This document shows positions 37,129 through 50,520 of a DNA stretch of 64,000 bases, in pieces; within the stretch, counting starts at the first letter, position 1; each line of letters opens with the position of its first letter. The stretch comes from Azolla caroliniana (taxonomy: Eukaryota > Plantae > Polypodiophyta). The stretch covers positions 5,394,001 to 5,458,000 of the forward strand of contig JBHGNT010000014.1 of NCBI GenBank assembly GCA_043228905.1, given 5' to 3'. A program made the position numbers and the translations under genes. The notes under the pieces were generated by a model. The model saw only the letters and a list, made by a program, of their open reading frames with translations, did not search any database and was not told where the DNA came from.

Positions 37129-40100
37129 ATGGATGATTCGTTGGGAGGTATGTTCAAGCTCACTGGCTCCAACTATTCAGTGTGGAAGTTGAAGATGAGG
37201 GACATGCTCGTGGTTAAAGATCTTTGGTTGCCAGTCCAGTTCAGGGATAAGAGACCGGACAAAATCGATGCCACGATATGGGAGGTGATGCACATGAAGA
37301 CAATGATGTACATACGGTGCTATATCGACATGAGTGTATACAACAACTTCAATGAAGAGAGCAAGGCTCATGAGCTCTGGGAGAAGATCGACATTATGTT
37401 TCAGAACAAAAATGTTGTTAATCAGGTTTCGGTATTTCGGAAGCTAGTAAGACTCCGGTACTAAGATGGCTCCAGCATGGTGGAGCACATGAATGCCTTC
37501 CAGGGGCTGATCAACCAGGCAACATCATTAGAAGTACCTCTCGCCGATGAGGTACTAGCACTACTCCTGCTCGGTTCCCTCCCAGATAGCTGGGAGACGT
37601 TGGTTGTCACTTTGGGTAACGCCGGGCCGGAAGGGAAATGGTTAACCCTGGCAAGAGTGAAGTCGAGCTTGCTAGATGAGGAGGCGCGTCGGAAAGACAA
37701 GGATACGAACTCCGACTCCAAAGCACTCATTACCAAATCGGAACGCGTAAGACAAAGGAACCGTAGTCCCCAGAACCGGGAGAAGTTGGGGACACGGTCA
37801 AAGTCAAGGGGGAGGCCTACCTGCTTCTATTGTGGCAAGCCGGGACACTTCCAGAAGAATTGTCGGCACTTCCGAGAAGACAAGGAAACCGATGGTACCG
37901 ATTTGAAGCGGACACCGGACCGGAACGGTAAAGACCGGAGGGGGCTGGACCGGAAGGGAATGACGGCAATCGCGGCAAGTGAAGAAGAGTTGATGCTCAT
38001 CACCGAGGAGAGTGAGCTAAACCTTGCCAGCAACGAGATGACCTGGGTGGTTGACTCCGGAGTGTCGTTCCACCTTACCCCGGACTGCAAATGCTTCTCA
38101 TTCTACTCAGCCGGTGATCACGGCTGTGTTCGGATGGGGAATGAAGGTACATGCCGAATTGTCGGCATAGGAGACGTGTGGTTGACAACACCAACCGGAT
38201 GCAAGCTGCTGTTGAAGGATGTCCGACACGTTCCGGAGGTTCGACTGAACCTGATATCAGCCGATTGGCTAGATGATGAGGGATACACGGGTAGCATCCG
38301 GAACGGTGTTATGAAGTTCAGCAAAGGGAGCCTGATCGTGACTCGGGCCCGGAAGGTCAACACGTTGTACCTGATGAATGCCCGGTTATGCCCGGAAGAA
38401 GTGAACGTGGCTTTCGACACTGCCGGTGAGCTGTGGCACAAGAGGCTGTGTCACATGAGCGAGAAGGGGATGAAGAGGCTTGTAGACGACAACCTCATTC
38501 TAGTGAAGAACGTGCACCTGGAGAAGTGCACTGATTGTCTGGCCGGTAAACAAAACCGGACCTCCTTTCGATCGAGGCCACTGATGAGACGTAATGCACC
38601 ACTGGAGTTGGTGCATACTGATGTATGTCAAGTGGACACGAAGTCACATTCCGGATCGCAGTACTTCGTGACTTTCATAGATGACCACAACCGAAAGCTG
38701 TGGGCCACACCGTTGAAGACGAAGGATTAGGTGCTATCCGTCGTCAAAGAGCTCCATGCGAGAGTGGAAAGAGAAACCGGCCGGAAGCTGAAGGCGGTTC
38801 GAGCAGATAATAGAGGTGAATACCGGGGGATCGTTCGAGGAGTACTATCGCTCGAAGGGAATCCGGCTCGAATTTACTGTGCCGAGGACGCTGGAATTAA
38901 ACGGGTTGGCTGAGAGGATGAACCAGACCATAATGGAGAGGGTCCAGAGTATGTTAGTGCATGCAAAACTACCCAAGACGTTTTGGGCTGAGGCGCTGTC
39001 GACAATGACGTATGTGATAAACAGATCACCCTCAGTGCCCTTGGATGGAGACACACCGCAGAAGGTGTGGACCAGTAAGGAAGTGTCTTACCGGCATCTG
39101 AAGGTGTTCGGGTGTCTCATGTACGTGCATGTTGCTAAAGACCGGAGAGGAAATTTGGATCCAAAGACCCGGCCATGCATATTCCTCGGATACGGCGATG
39201 ATGAGTTCGGCTACCGAGTGTGGGATCCAGTTGACAAGAAGGCTTTCCGGAGCCGAGATATTATCTTCATGGAGGACAAGACTCTTGCCGACTGGGATTC
39301 AGAGAAGAAGATAATGAACTCCGATGAGATTCGGACACACCCGGCTAAGAGCCGGTTGACACTCGAGGAACTAGCCAGTTATGGTGAGGATACCGAACTG
39401 GCAGAAGAAGAAGTAGAGGAAGCTGAAATCGGAACCGACCAAGACCCCGAATCGGATTCGGATGAAGAACAAATAGTGGAGCCGGTTGCCGAAGGCAAAA
39501 GACGGAGATATCCTCTTAGAGAGAGAAGGGCCTCCCAGAGATTTCCGGACGCAGAGCATGTGCTGCTGATCGATGAGGGAGAGCCGGAAAGCTTCGAAGA
39601 AGCAAAGGATCACACCCACAACCGCAAATGGTTAAGTGCCATGCAGGATGAGATGGATTCCCTGCATGAGAACCATATGTACAAATTGGTGGAGTTGCCG
39701 AAAGAAAAGTGGGCACTCCGAAATAAGTGGGTGTACAAGTTGAAATCGGGAGATGCCGGCAAACCTCTGAGATACAAAGCTAGGATTGTGGTGAAGGGGT
39801 TCCAACAGAAGAAGGGCGTGGACGTCGACGAGATATTTGCCCCGGTAGTAACGATGACTTCCATCCGAACAATTCTGAGCATAGCGGCAAGCATGGACCT
39901 CGCAGTAGAGTAGCTGGACGTGAAGACGACATTCCTTCACGATGACCTTGAAGAGGAGATCTACAGGCAGCAACCGGAAGGATTCATGGAGAAAGGGAAG
40001 GAGCACCTGGTTTGCTGGTTGTGAGTAGAGCCTGTACGGACTGAAGCACGCTCCCCGACAATGGTACCGGAAGTTTGACTCCTTCATGACCGACCAAGGG

Positions 40101-40837
40101 TATCACAAAACGCAAACCGATCATTGCGTGTTTGTAAAGAAGTTCGAAGGAGGAGGCGACTTCCTGATACTCCTTGTGTACGTGGACGACATGTTGATCG
40201 TCGGACGAGACCAAGCCAAACTACGGATGTTGAAGAAGGCTCTCAACCGAACTTTCTCAATGAAAGACTTGGGCCCGACAAGACAAATACTGGGGATGCA
40301 CATCATCCGGGACTGGTCAAAGAAGCAATTGTGGTTGTCACAGGAGAAATACGTGACAAAAGGTGCTTCAACGTTTCAACATGTTAGAAGCCAAACCGGT
40401 CGGATCGACACTCCCGACAAACTGTAGACTATGCGGTAAGCAAAGCCCGAAGACGAAAGTAGAGAAGGTGGATATGGTGCAGGTTCCATATGCCTCTGCC
40501 GTCGGGAGCTTGATGTACGCAATGGTGTGTACTCAACCGAATATTGGATACGCAGTCGGAGTGGTGAGCCGGTTTATGAGCAATCTCGGCAAGGAGCACT
40601 AGAACGCGGTCAAATGGATACTCCGGTACTTGAGGGGCACTTCGAATATGTGTCTCCGATTCGGCTCCGGTAAACCTCAACTTGACGGTTTTACCGATTT
40701 GGATATGTCGGCTGATGTGGATACCAACCGGTTGTGGGTATGTAATGACATATGCAGGGGGAGCTGTTTCATGGCTGTCGAGGTTGCAGAAGATGGTTGC
40801 GTTGTCAACCACGAAGGCGGAGTACATGGCGGCTGTT
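37129..40837 (+). pseudogene. gag-pol: Copia F gag-pol
   Basis: ORFs 37063-37464, 37477-38730, 38816-39913 and 40086-40602 carry gag, CCHC, PR, IN and RT motifs. Confidence 0.92.
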
Positions 40838-40876
40838 GAAGAACAGTGTTGATGAGCAACTCGGCCTCGGCCGAAT

Positions 40877-41198
40877 CAGGATGTGGAGTACCCGGCAATG
40901 GAAGACCTAGTGAGAACCGGATGTGGAGTACTCGGCAACGGAAGACCCAGTGAGAACCGGATGTGGAGTACCCGACAACGGAAGACCTGGTGAGAACCAG
41001 ATGTGGAGTACCCGGCAACGGAAGACCCGGTGAGAACCGGATGTGGAGTACCCGGTAACGGAAGACTCGGTGAGAACCAGATGTGGAGTACTCGGCAACA
41101 GAAGACCCGGTGATAACCGGATGACGAGTACCCGGCAACGGAAGACCCGGTGAGAACCGGATGACGAGTACTCGGCATGGAAGACCCGGTGAGAACCG
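40877..41198 (+). repeat. 40-bp tandem repeat x8 in U3 of the F 3' LTR
   Basis: ATGTGGAGTACCCGGCAACGGAAGACCCGGTGAGAACCGG units at 40881, 40921 ... 41161. Confidence 0.93.
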
Positions 41199-41244
41199 GA
41201 TGTTGTAGGCCCGGTGAGAACCTCTCATCGGATGGAAGGGACAT

Positions 41245-41633
41245 TGTTGAGAGACAAGCTCAACATCGGCCGGTTCGGCTGAAGAAGCCGAGGACCGGAT
41301 CAGTTGGGACCGATCGGTTAGGCCGAGTGCATAAACCGGGAGGTCGTTAGGAAAGATATTCCGTGAGGAATATATTTGGGAGTTAGTGTAGGAGCTCTTG
41401 ATGAGCATTGAAGTACTGTCAGTACTTTGGTCAGTCCTTCTAGGACATGTATAAAAGTGCTCACTGAGCACGTTTTATGTACACAGATTGAGTATTATTG
41501 TTAAATATAGTTTTTGGTGTTTTCTCTCTCTGTCTCTCCCGCGTATACCGTGTAAGCTTAAGCTCTCCATTGAACCTGAGTTTCCTTCCTTCTATTCTGT
41601 CTTCATACTTGCTTCCGCACGCTACTTTCTACA
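41245..41633 (+). mobile_element. Solo LTR (B/I/K-related Copia family) inside the F 3' LTR
   Basis: TGTTGAGAGACAAGCTCAAC...CTTTCTACA; TSD GACAT on both sides. Confidence 0.92.
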
Positions 41634-42384
41634 GACATATATGTAAATATGTTCCAAACAGCCCACTGGGGCTATATTTGTAAATAGCCCGAAAGTCATA
41701 TTTATATAAATATGACCTAGGGCAAACTTAATAGTGATGATGATAGAGTAATTTTGGTGTAACGACTGTATAGAGAGAGAGATAGAGAGAGCGATACAGA
41801 GCATGTCTCTGTTGCAACCGCCGTTAGGAGAAGATTGTGAGCAAGAGGTCGTTGCCTCTGTGCTCCCTGTTGTATTACTTTATAGAGTGATAGTTTGGAG
41901 TCTGTGGACTCCCGTGGTTTTTCCCTCTCAGGGTTTTCCAAGTTAATATCCCGTGTATTCTCTTTCTGTTTTGTCGACTTACCTCCATTCCCATTTCATC
42001 TGTGTTTTTTATTGTTTTCAAGTTATCTACGCTTCGGTTGTGGTCCGAGATTAATCCACGTATTTCACGTCACTTCTTTCTCTCTCTCCTTTCTATCGAT
42101 TTATCTATATTCTATCCTTATCTAATGCTTACATTAGTCTATGTCTCTAACAACATAACTAATGAGTTCCATATTCCCCATGACTATGAGTCCTGACATT
42201 CCCCAAGAGAGAGTAGTTGTTGTAGTAAGTTAATGGAAGAGAGAAACTGTGAACTTATATAAAGCACCCTTCTCCTGCTTCATAGTGTGTCGGTTGTGTC
42301 TCCTTCTAATGCTACATTTTGTAATTGGTATTCTCCTTGTGAATATACACCTTCTTCTTGAGTACTTCATTTTTCTCTTGCTTA

Positions 42385-45300
42385 TGTAGAATAATACTGT
42401 TACGGGCATGACCATATAATATCCCGTGGTGAGAATTTACCGTAGTATTCTATAAACGTGGATAAGTGTGAGGGTTAAACGAGAGTGTAAAGAAGGGGAG
42501 GATTACTTTTTCCTCGGGATTGAGACAACCCATTAGGCCAAGTGTGAACATGGCTGGGGGCCTTGGGTCTCGCTATAAATAGAGGCCTAGCTACCCTTAT
42601 TTCATCATCTTGTTGACTACGTCGAGACTTTGTCTTGTGGTGGGTCAACTCTTGTAGGGAGCGTGCCAGCACCAGGTACGAGTCGACGCCACGACGGTGG
42701 TATGGCACGCCGATCGAGGCTCGAGTCCATCTCGTTCCCTTCGCTCAGGGGTGGTCGGGTGGATCGACACCCTTCTTTCTCTGTCTCCTTTCGTTCTATC
42801 TACCGAGATCTATCCTTATCTAATGCTTACTTTAGTACATGTCTCTAATAAATACGATGTGCGGAAGCGTGCGTAAAAGACACAGAGTATACAGTTGATG
42901 TTCGGAAACACAACGGTTCGGTAAATGCAGAAAACACATAGAATGAGAGGGAGAGAGAGAGAGAGAGCAGACACAAAAACTTAATTCGAACAATACAATG
43001 CGTTGTGTACATAGGATGTGCTTAGAGAGCACTTTTATACAAGTTCATACGGACTGACAGAAGTACTGACTCATATTTCAATGCTCATCAATGAGCCCCT
43101 ACAATAAATCCCAAAGTATATTTCTCCGCGGAATATCTATCCAATGGCCTCCTGGTTTACGCACCGATATAACCTTTAGTTATGCACTCAGCCTACGCAG
43201 TGGTTTACACACCGGTTTATGCACCCAATGTTGAGCTTGTATCTCAACAATCCCCCTCAAGCTCAACTTGAGGTTTCGCCTGCTCTTTCGATTCTTTGCT
43301 CCGGCTTCTCCTACCTCCACGCCTTCGTCGTGCTCCTCGACCCGTTCAATTTCGTGCACCTCAACCCTTTTGGTCGGCTTGTCTGCTCATGCGACCTTTC
43401 CCAGCTCCCTTGATGTCGTGGTGTTGGCGCCACTTTCATTGTTCTTTCTTCCGCTTGGCCTTTAGTTGATTCGGCATCTCCGAATTGAATTTTCGAACCG
43501 AATCAGTTGTGTTCAATTCGTCTCCGGTCTTCAAGCTGTTGACTACATCAGACCATGTCATGTTCTTGGTTTTCTTGCCCTTCTTGGCTTCGTCTCCCCC
43601 TCGTTCGGCTGACTTCGTCTCTTCCCTTCGATTGCTACCCCTGTTTCCGCCTTTGGCTTCTTCAACCGGCCCGAAATCGAATTCTTCATCCGACTTGGCT
43701 TCGCGGTCACTTCCGCTCCCTTCCTGTTCCCTTTCCTGGTCTTTTCTCCCCCTCAAGTTCAACACATTGAGGTGCCGCAAACCAAGCGCACCCGAGAATT
43801 GCCGCAACTTGTTGAGACCAAGGGGCTTGGTGAAGATGTCGGTAGTTTGTTGATCCGTCGGAACATATACTAGTTCGACTTCATCGGAGAGGACACGCTC
43901 GCGGACAAAATGATAGTGCACCTCGATGTGCTTAGTCCGGGTGTGGAAGACGGGGTTCTTCTCTAATTGGATACTATTGAGGTTCTCGCAATAGATTATG
44001 GTTGGCTCAGACACGTCCACATGTAGATCCCGTAAAAGCTTTTTTAGCCAAATGATTTCGCACATAAGGATAGCTAGCCCTCAATACTTGGCCTCCGTTC
44101 TCGACAGTGCCACTGTCGGTTGCTTTTTACTGCTCCATGCGATCGTCGGACTTCCCCATAAAAATGCATATCCAAATGTTGATCTATGATCGCCGACATT
44201 TCCGGCCCAATCGGCATCCATGTAGCTGACGAACTGTTCGGCAATACCGGTCCGATATAGTAGCGCCCTATCCTTAGTGCCGCAGACATAGCGCAATATC
44301 CTTTGCATGCACTGAAGGTGTTTGACCGTGGGTTGCGACATAAATTGATTGATCGGGTCGACCGGGTAACTAAGGTCGAACCCAATAGTGATAGTCAAGT
44401 AAATGAGGCTTCCGAAAATCTGTCGGAACCATGTCAGGTCACATGCCTTTCCTAAATCTCGGTGAAGCTTCACATTTCTGTACAGAGGTGTCGAGAAGGA
44501 TTTACAATCCTCCATCTCGAACTTGAAGAGCATATTCAGCACATAGTGGCGTTGGCTGATCAATATGCCTTTGAGGGCATGGCTCACTTTGATCCCAAGG
44601 AAGTAATGAAGGTCTCCAAGATCCTTCATTTCGAACGATGTCGCAAGTTGAGACTTTACATGACGGATTTCTCCAAGGCCGGCTCCGGTGATGATTAAAT
44701 CATCGACATAAAGTAGTATGCTTATCAGGTCAGTCTGACTTGGCTGAATGAACAATGAAGAGTCTAACTTTGATGGACCAAACCCCATCCTACGCAACCG
44801 CTACGTGATTTTCGTGTTCTAGGCACGCGGAGCTTGCTTAAGTTCGTATAATGACTTCTTCAATCGGCAAATTGCCGAGGTGTTCCATTCTGATAGAAAT
44901 CTGGGGGTTTGTATCATGTACACTTGCTCTTCAAGATCGTCTTGCAGGAATGCATTCTTTACATCCATTTGATGTAAGTGCCACCCCTTCGCCGCTGCTA
45001 CGGCCAGTAGTACACGGACAGTTGTCACCTTCGCGACCGACACAAGGGTCTCATCGTAGTCGATGCCGTGTTGTTGTGCATATCCCTTCGCCACTAACTA
45101 GACCTTGTAGCGGTTGACAGAGCTGTCAATGTTGTACTTGACCTTGTACACCCACTTGCATCCAATCGACTTTACACCCTTCAAGTGTCAACCAGGTCCC
45201 AGGTTTCATTTTCCGCTAATGCGTGCATCTCTTCCTCCATTGCGGCACACCAATTTGCGTCCTTCGTCACTTCTGCATAGCTCTCTGGGTCATGCACTTC

Positions 45301-47310
45301 CACCACTCACGTCATGTACGCATAATGATGTGCCATGTACTTGTTGTATCCAAACCGCACCACGGGGTTCTTCTAGCGGGTGGATCAACGTAGTTCTTGA
45401 TTCACAGATTTCACGTCCTTCTCGGCTGATTTCGACCTCTTCCTCAGAGGTTCCTCTTCGATTGGTTCGGAGTAAGATTCATTACCATATGACTCAGCAC
45501 GGCTGGTATCGTACTCCGACATCTTCTTCTTTCCCTTCTCCTTACACGTAAACCGTCTCCTCGATTCCTTGCGGGGGACTGCACGGTTGTGTCTTCACTA
45601 CTCGCTGGCTCTTCACTCAGCTGACCATCTCGGCTTAGCCCCTCATTCGTCCCACTTGGCCGAAATGAGATCAGACTCTCTCTCAGAGCTCCAATTTCAT
45701 CACTACGCGGAGGAATTTCGGCCTCACTGGCGTCATGCTTAGAATTCGGAATGGAGTGCATGGCGGTAGGTGGTGAAGGCAAGTACCACGAAGCCAACTC
45801 GTCGAACACGACATCTCGGCTCACTCAGGATTCTTTTGTTTGGGGGTTATAACATTTATACCCTTTTTGCTCATCCGAGTAGCTGACCAGGATACACTTT
45901 TCGGCTTTCGCGTCTAACTTCCTTGGTTTCTCCTTCGGCACGTGTAATTACACTATGCAGCTGAAAACCCTTAAGTGTGCCAAGTTCGGCTTGTTCCCGA
46001 AGTAGGACTCATGTGGCGACACTTCTCCATTTGTAGTAAACAACCTTCTTCACGGCTTCGACCCAATAAAATTTTGGCATATGCTTCTCTTCAAGCATTG
46101 TCATGACCGCTTCTTCGATCGTCCGATTCTTCCGCTCGGCCACGCTGTTCTACTACGGCGTGTATGTGCAAGAGAATTCACCCCGAATTCCTTCCTTTTG
46201 CAGATAACTCGAGAATTGGTCGAAGAAGTACTCCTTTCCTCCATCGGTCCTAAGAAATTTGATTTTACGGCCTATCTCCCGTTCGGCAAGGCACCTCACC
46301 TTTAAGAAATAGGAGAAGAATTTGCTTTTCTTCTCTATTGTGCATGCCCAAGTATGCCGAGTGAAATCGTCGATGAAAGTCATGAAATATCGGCTCCCAT
46401 CGAGATTCACGTTCTGTGCCAGTTCCCATACATCTGAATGGATTAAATTGAGCTTGTTTCGGCTCCGATTTCTTACATTTGGGAACGGAAGTTGGTGATG
46501 CTTCCCTAATTGACAAGCTTCATAGACTTGGCCCTTTCAGCCACTGAATTTCGGCAAGCCGAAAACAATGTTTTTCGTCTGCATCTCTCGAAGCCGTGAG
46601 AAGTTGACTTGGCCGACCCACTTGTGCCATAGGTCGATATCCGATTCGACCTTTTGCCCTTTCACAAACATAGTGGTGCCTACATCATTGGTCTCAAGGA
46701 TGAACGTCCTCCCTTCTCGATGCCCATGCGTGATTACCTTGCCTTCCTCTTCTATGAAGCACCCAAGATGAGTAAATCAAACTTGCATGCCTTGGTTGAC
46801 TATCTATCCGACCAACACCAAATTTTTGGTGATTGTAGGCACATGCAAGACATTTCTCATGATTCCCTTCTAGCCGACATGGCTAAGAGGGACATCTCCA
46901 ATGTGTTCAATGGGGTGAAGGGTGTCATCACTAGTTTCGACGACCCCTAGTTGCTCCGACTTTTCTAGATTTGAGAACCACTTCTGGTGATTCGTAATGT
47001 GGTTCGATGCTCCCGAATCCATATACCATACCTCATTCAACCTCAAGGTATTCATTGCCATCGAGTTGGCTTTGTGCTCCATGACAAAGGCGGGGCCTGT
47101 GCCGACTCGCCTTGAGCCTTCTGCGTAGTGTGATCTCTGACACCTATCTGCGTATCCTCGGCTCGATCCGGCCTTGTTCAAATCAGCTCGTTTCTTCCAA
47201 CACTCGCTCTCTGTGTGGCCCTTTTTGCGACAGTACCAGCAGTCCGGTGCAGCTTTCCCTTGCTGGCTCCTGGCGTTGCCTTGGCTCCCCCTATGTGCAG
47301 AGAATCTATA
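42385..47310 (-). mobile_element. Degenerate Copia element I, 5'-truncated
   Basis: 3' LTR 42385-42397 plus 42856-43249; PPT 43250-43260; RNase H/RT 43436-45200; IN 45800-46800; PR WYMDSGASNH; CCHC CWYCRKKGHTESEC. Confidence 0.88.
42398..42850 (+). mobile_element. Chromovirus solo LTR inserted in the 3' LTR of element I
   Basis: TGTTACGGG...GTCTCTAATA; TSD AATAC (42393-42397, 42851-42855). Confidence 0.93.
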
Positions 47311-48442
47311 CTGCAAACCCTCGCCACAAGCGCCGGAGAATCGGGAGCATTTTCCACCTTTGAGTCGGAATCGGACAACAAGCACAATGTTCCATCTAAC
47401 TATCAAAGCAGTCATGACACTCCGGACGACCTAGAGGAAGATGGTTCAGAGCATGAACCGACACCAGAATCGGAAACAACATTACCAACACCACCGGCCC
47501 ACGAGATAAACCAAGGCTAACAATTGGAGAAAATGGCCGAGCGTGAACTAACACCACCACCGGACCGACAATCAGAGGAAACGGATGATCGGAATACTAA
47601 CACCACCCCTGGAACAACCTTTTGATGACGACAGAATGCCGTACCCATACCCAAAGTACCGGGACAACCCAAACGTAGAGCCACACATCTATGCCTTCCT
47701 ACAGACATGGGATGCGAACCACATCTCGCAACGACTGATAAAAGCAGAGGTAGGGCATTCAAATATTTTGGAGTTCGGAATGACATTGGAAGGGCCAGCA
47801 GCCAAGTGGCACAAAAAGCACCTTCCGGGTAGCTTCGCCATGTTTAAGGCCTTGCGGGATAAATTCTCGTGGCTCCTTCAACGAGAGGTGGAAGAAAGGG
47901 AACTCGTCGGCCAGTTCTATACGGTCTATCAGGAACCTAACGAGAGAGTGCCCCAATTCATTATCCGATTCCAAACACTGCACAATGAGCTGACAAGGGC
48001 ACCTCCAGAGGATGAGGTAAGATTAGTCTTTTTGGCCGCGCTTCGGGAGCCTCTCTGCACAATGTTATCCGTATTCAACTTCCGGACCAAAACCATTGAT
48101 CAATGTTGAGCGGCAAGCTCAACCGAATCTAGATTGGCTGAATAAGCTTGAGCCGGATCGGCATCCGGAAGGATGAAGCCGGATCGGTGAGCAATTGAGC
48201 CAGTGAGCTGGGGAGCTGGTTAGCCGGATTCAGCAGTAACCGGAAGCTTAGTAACAACCTAGGCTACTGGGTAGTTAATGTCTCATAGTTAGTGTCAGAC
48301 GCTCGTGTGAGCATTGAAGTACACCGTACTTCTGTCAGTCCATATGGACTTGTATAAAAGTGTTCACTGAAGACATACGATGTACAGATTGAGTAATATT
48401 TTGAATTGAGTTTCTGTGTGCTCTCTCTCTCTCTCTCTCTCT

Positions 48443-50403
48443 AGGGTCGTGAAGGTCATAAAGAAATTACAACATAGGAAGTCCATGAACCACACAGGAT
48501 TGTGAGCAGAACACATTATATATGCGAGAGAGTGCTTAGCTCCCTTGCTAACTCTAATCTTCAATCGTGCCCTTGCGGAGGGTTTTCCACCACAGTGGAC
48601 TATGAATACAGTGGCCCCCATACATAAAGGGGGGGACCCCATGGACCCAAATACATATAGAACCATTATGATAGGCCATACCCTTGCTAAGTTATATGGT
48701 GCAGTAATGGAAGCAGAGCTTAGTGACTATATGGAGACCCTAAACTTTCGTGCACCTAGCCTTCTCCACTATTGATCATATCTTCACACTTATATGCCTA
48801 ATTGACCAAACTAAGGCTCGCAAGAAGAAATTATATTGTTGTTTTGTGAACTTCCGCAAAGCCTTTGACACAGTCCCTAGAGAGCGGTTGTTTGATAGAC
48901 TTAAAAGCTGGAGGATACCAGATGATATGGTATGGGCCATCTACGCACTATATGAACAAGTGTTCGGGTGTGTTCGATGCCTAGGTGGCCTATCTAATCG
49001 TTTCAATAGCACTATTGGTGTAAAACAAGGTTTCCCCCTATCACCGACGCTTTTTGGGATCTACATTGATGAGATCACAGATTTTATTGCTCGTGAGGGA
49101 GGCACCGGAGTGGTCCTCGAGGATACGCAGGTTCATATCTTGCTCTATGCGGATGACATAGTTTTGCTCTCTGAATCCGAACACGACCTACAAAGGCACC
49201 TTAATGCCTTAGATGACTTTTGTGTACAACGAGGATTGGTAGTGAATCTAGGGAAAACGAAAGTCCTTATCTTCCACACATTGGCCCAAGTTAGAGCTAA
49301 GTGTCACCTAACTATCTCCCATAGCCCATCTAAAATGTTGTACTATAAGAAACACTTCATGCACTTCTCTGAGTTAGGTTTTATCACGCGGCCAAAATAT
49401 TGTACTATAAAATGTTGTACTATAAGAAACACTTCATGCACTTCTCTGAGTTAGGTTTTATCACGCGGCCAAAATATTGTACTATAAAATGTTGTACTAT
49501 AAGAAACACTTCATGCACTTCTCTGAGTTAGGTTTTATCACGCAGCCAAAATATCTAGACGTATTCTTACCACATGCACTAAGGGTTGCCATTGGACAAC
49601 TTAGAATATCATCTCACCAACTTGAGATTGAGAATGGCCGTACTAGTGGAGTCCCTAGGGAGGAAAGGATATGTAGGTTATGTCACATAGAGATAGAGGA
49701 TGAGTACCACTTTACATGCAAGTGTCCAACCTATGCCGAGATAAGGGCAAAATACCAAGACATACTTGGTTTGTCTCCCACCCTCCCCAAACTATTAGAT
49801 ACTCTAGATATAAAGAAATTAGGCAAATACATTCTAGAGCTAAAATAACACAGAGAGAATAAGTTACAAAATGTTGACAATAATGTTGCTAATGATCACG
49901 AACATGTAACAAATGAAGTTTTTCAGGAACAGGGGGAGACAACGAATGTTGACACACTTGCACCACTTGGCCTTTCCATTGATGAGGCAGAAAACTAGAG
50001 AAGAACCAAACGTCCTCGGGTGCCAGGTTTCAAAGCAATTCGACGTGATGTGGAAGCAATATTGAAAATAAGGGAACGTGAACTACACCGCCTAGAAGCC
50101 ATGGCTAGGGCACTCTCTACATTGGAACCACGGGTCACACCCACATCAAGACCCTTTGACCCCCCACTTCTTTTCGAGAGGCTTGGGTGGAAATAAAATT
50201 AGACTTAGTGTATAGTCACTTTCGAGTATACTACGTATTGTACACTGCTAGAACTCTTTAAGTTTAAGTTCTATTTTTTACTTAATTTTATTTTAGTTAT
50301 GATGACTGGATAAATACTCTTTTGTTGTAAACCAATTGTCTCATGGGCCAAATTTGGCCTTAGAAGACGTTAATATATCTTTCTTTCTTTCTTTCTTTCT
50401 TTC
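48443..50403 (+). mobile_element. 5'-truncated non-LTR retrotransposon (LINE, RTEX-like) inserted in the (CT)n tract of the K 5' LTR
   Basis: YRTIMIGHTLAKLY, FVNFRKAFDTVPR, GVKQGFPLSPTLF, LLYADDIVL; C-terminal RISSHQLEIENGR..ERICRLC..IEDEYHF..C zinc finger; (TCTT)n tail 50378-50403. Confidence 0.88.
49331..49553. repeat. 77-bp tandem triplication within the LINE ORF
   Basis: TAAAATGTTGTACTATAAGAAACAC... at 49331, 49408, 49485. Confidence 0.92.
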
Positions 50404-50520
50404 TCTCTGTCTCTCTCGCATACTGTGTATATTCTAAGCTCTCCATTAAACCTGTGTTTTGGTGTTCGGTTTTCTATTGCTTATGCACACTATTCTTTTA
50501 CATGGTATCAGAGCCAATAT

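Larger units (their letters stand above)
36869..42072 (+). mobile_element. Copia element F (E-related) inserted in the D' 3' LTR
   Basis: TSD CTTCT (36864-36868, 42073-42077); internally deleted 5' LTR 36869-37097; PBS 37101-37112; degenerate gag-pol 37129-40837; RNase H fused directly to the 3' LTR (~40838-42072) with the PPT lost. Confidence 0.92.
33371..42152 (+). mobile_element. gag-only, probably chimeric chromovirus element D'
   Basis: 5' LTR 33371-33823; PBS-like TGGTATCCGAGCC 33826-33838; long leader; gag ~35430-36474; PPT 36473-36484; 3' LTR 36487-36868 plus 42073-42152; no pol; no matching TSD. Confidence 0.82.

Noticed and set aside
40877-41198. CRISPR-like periodic array
   Set aside because: Units are contiguous tandem repeats without unique spacers, lie within an LTR, and no cas genes are present
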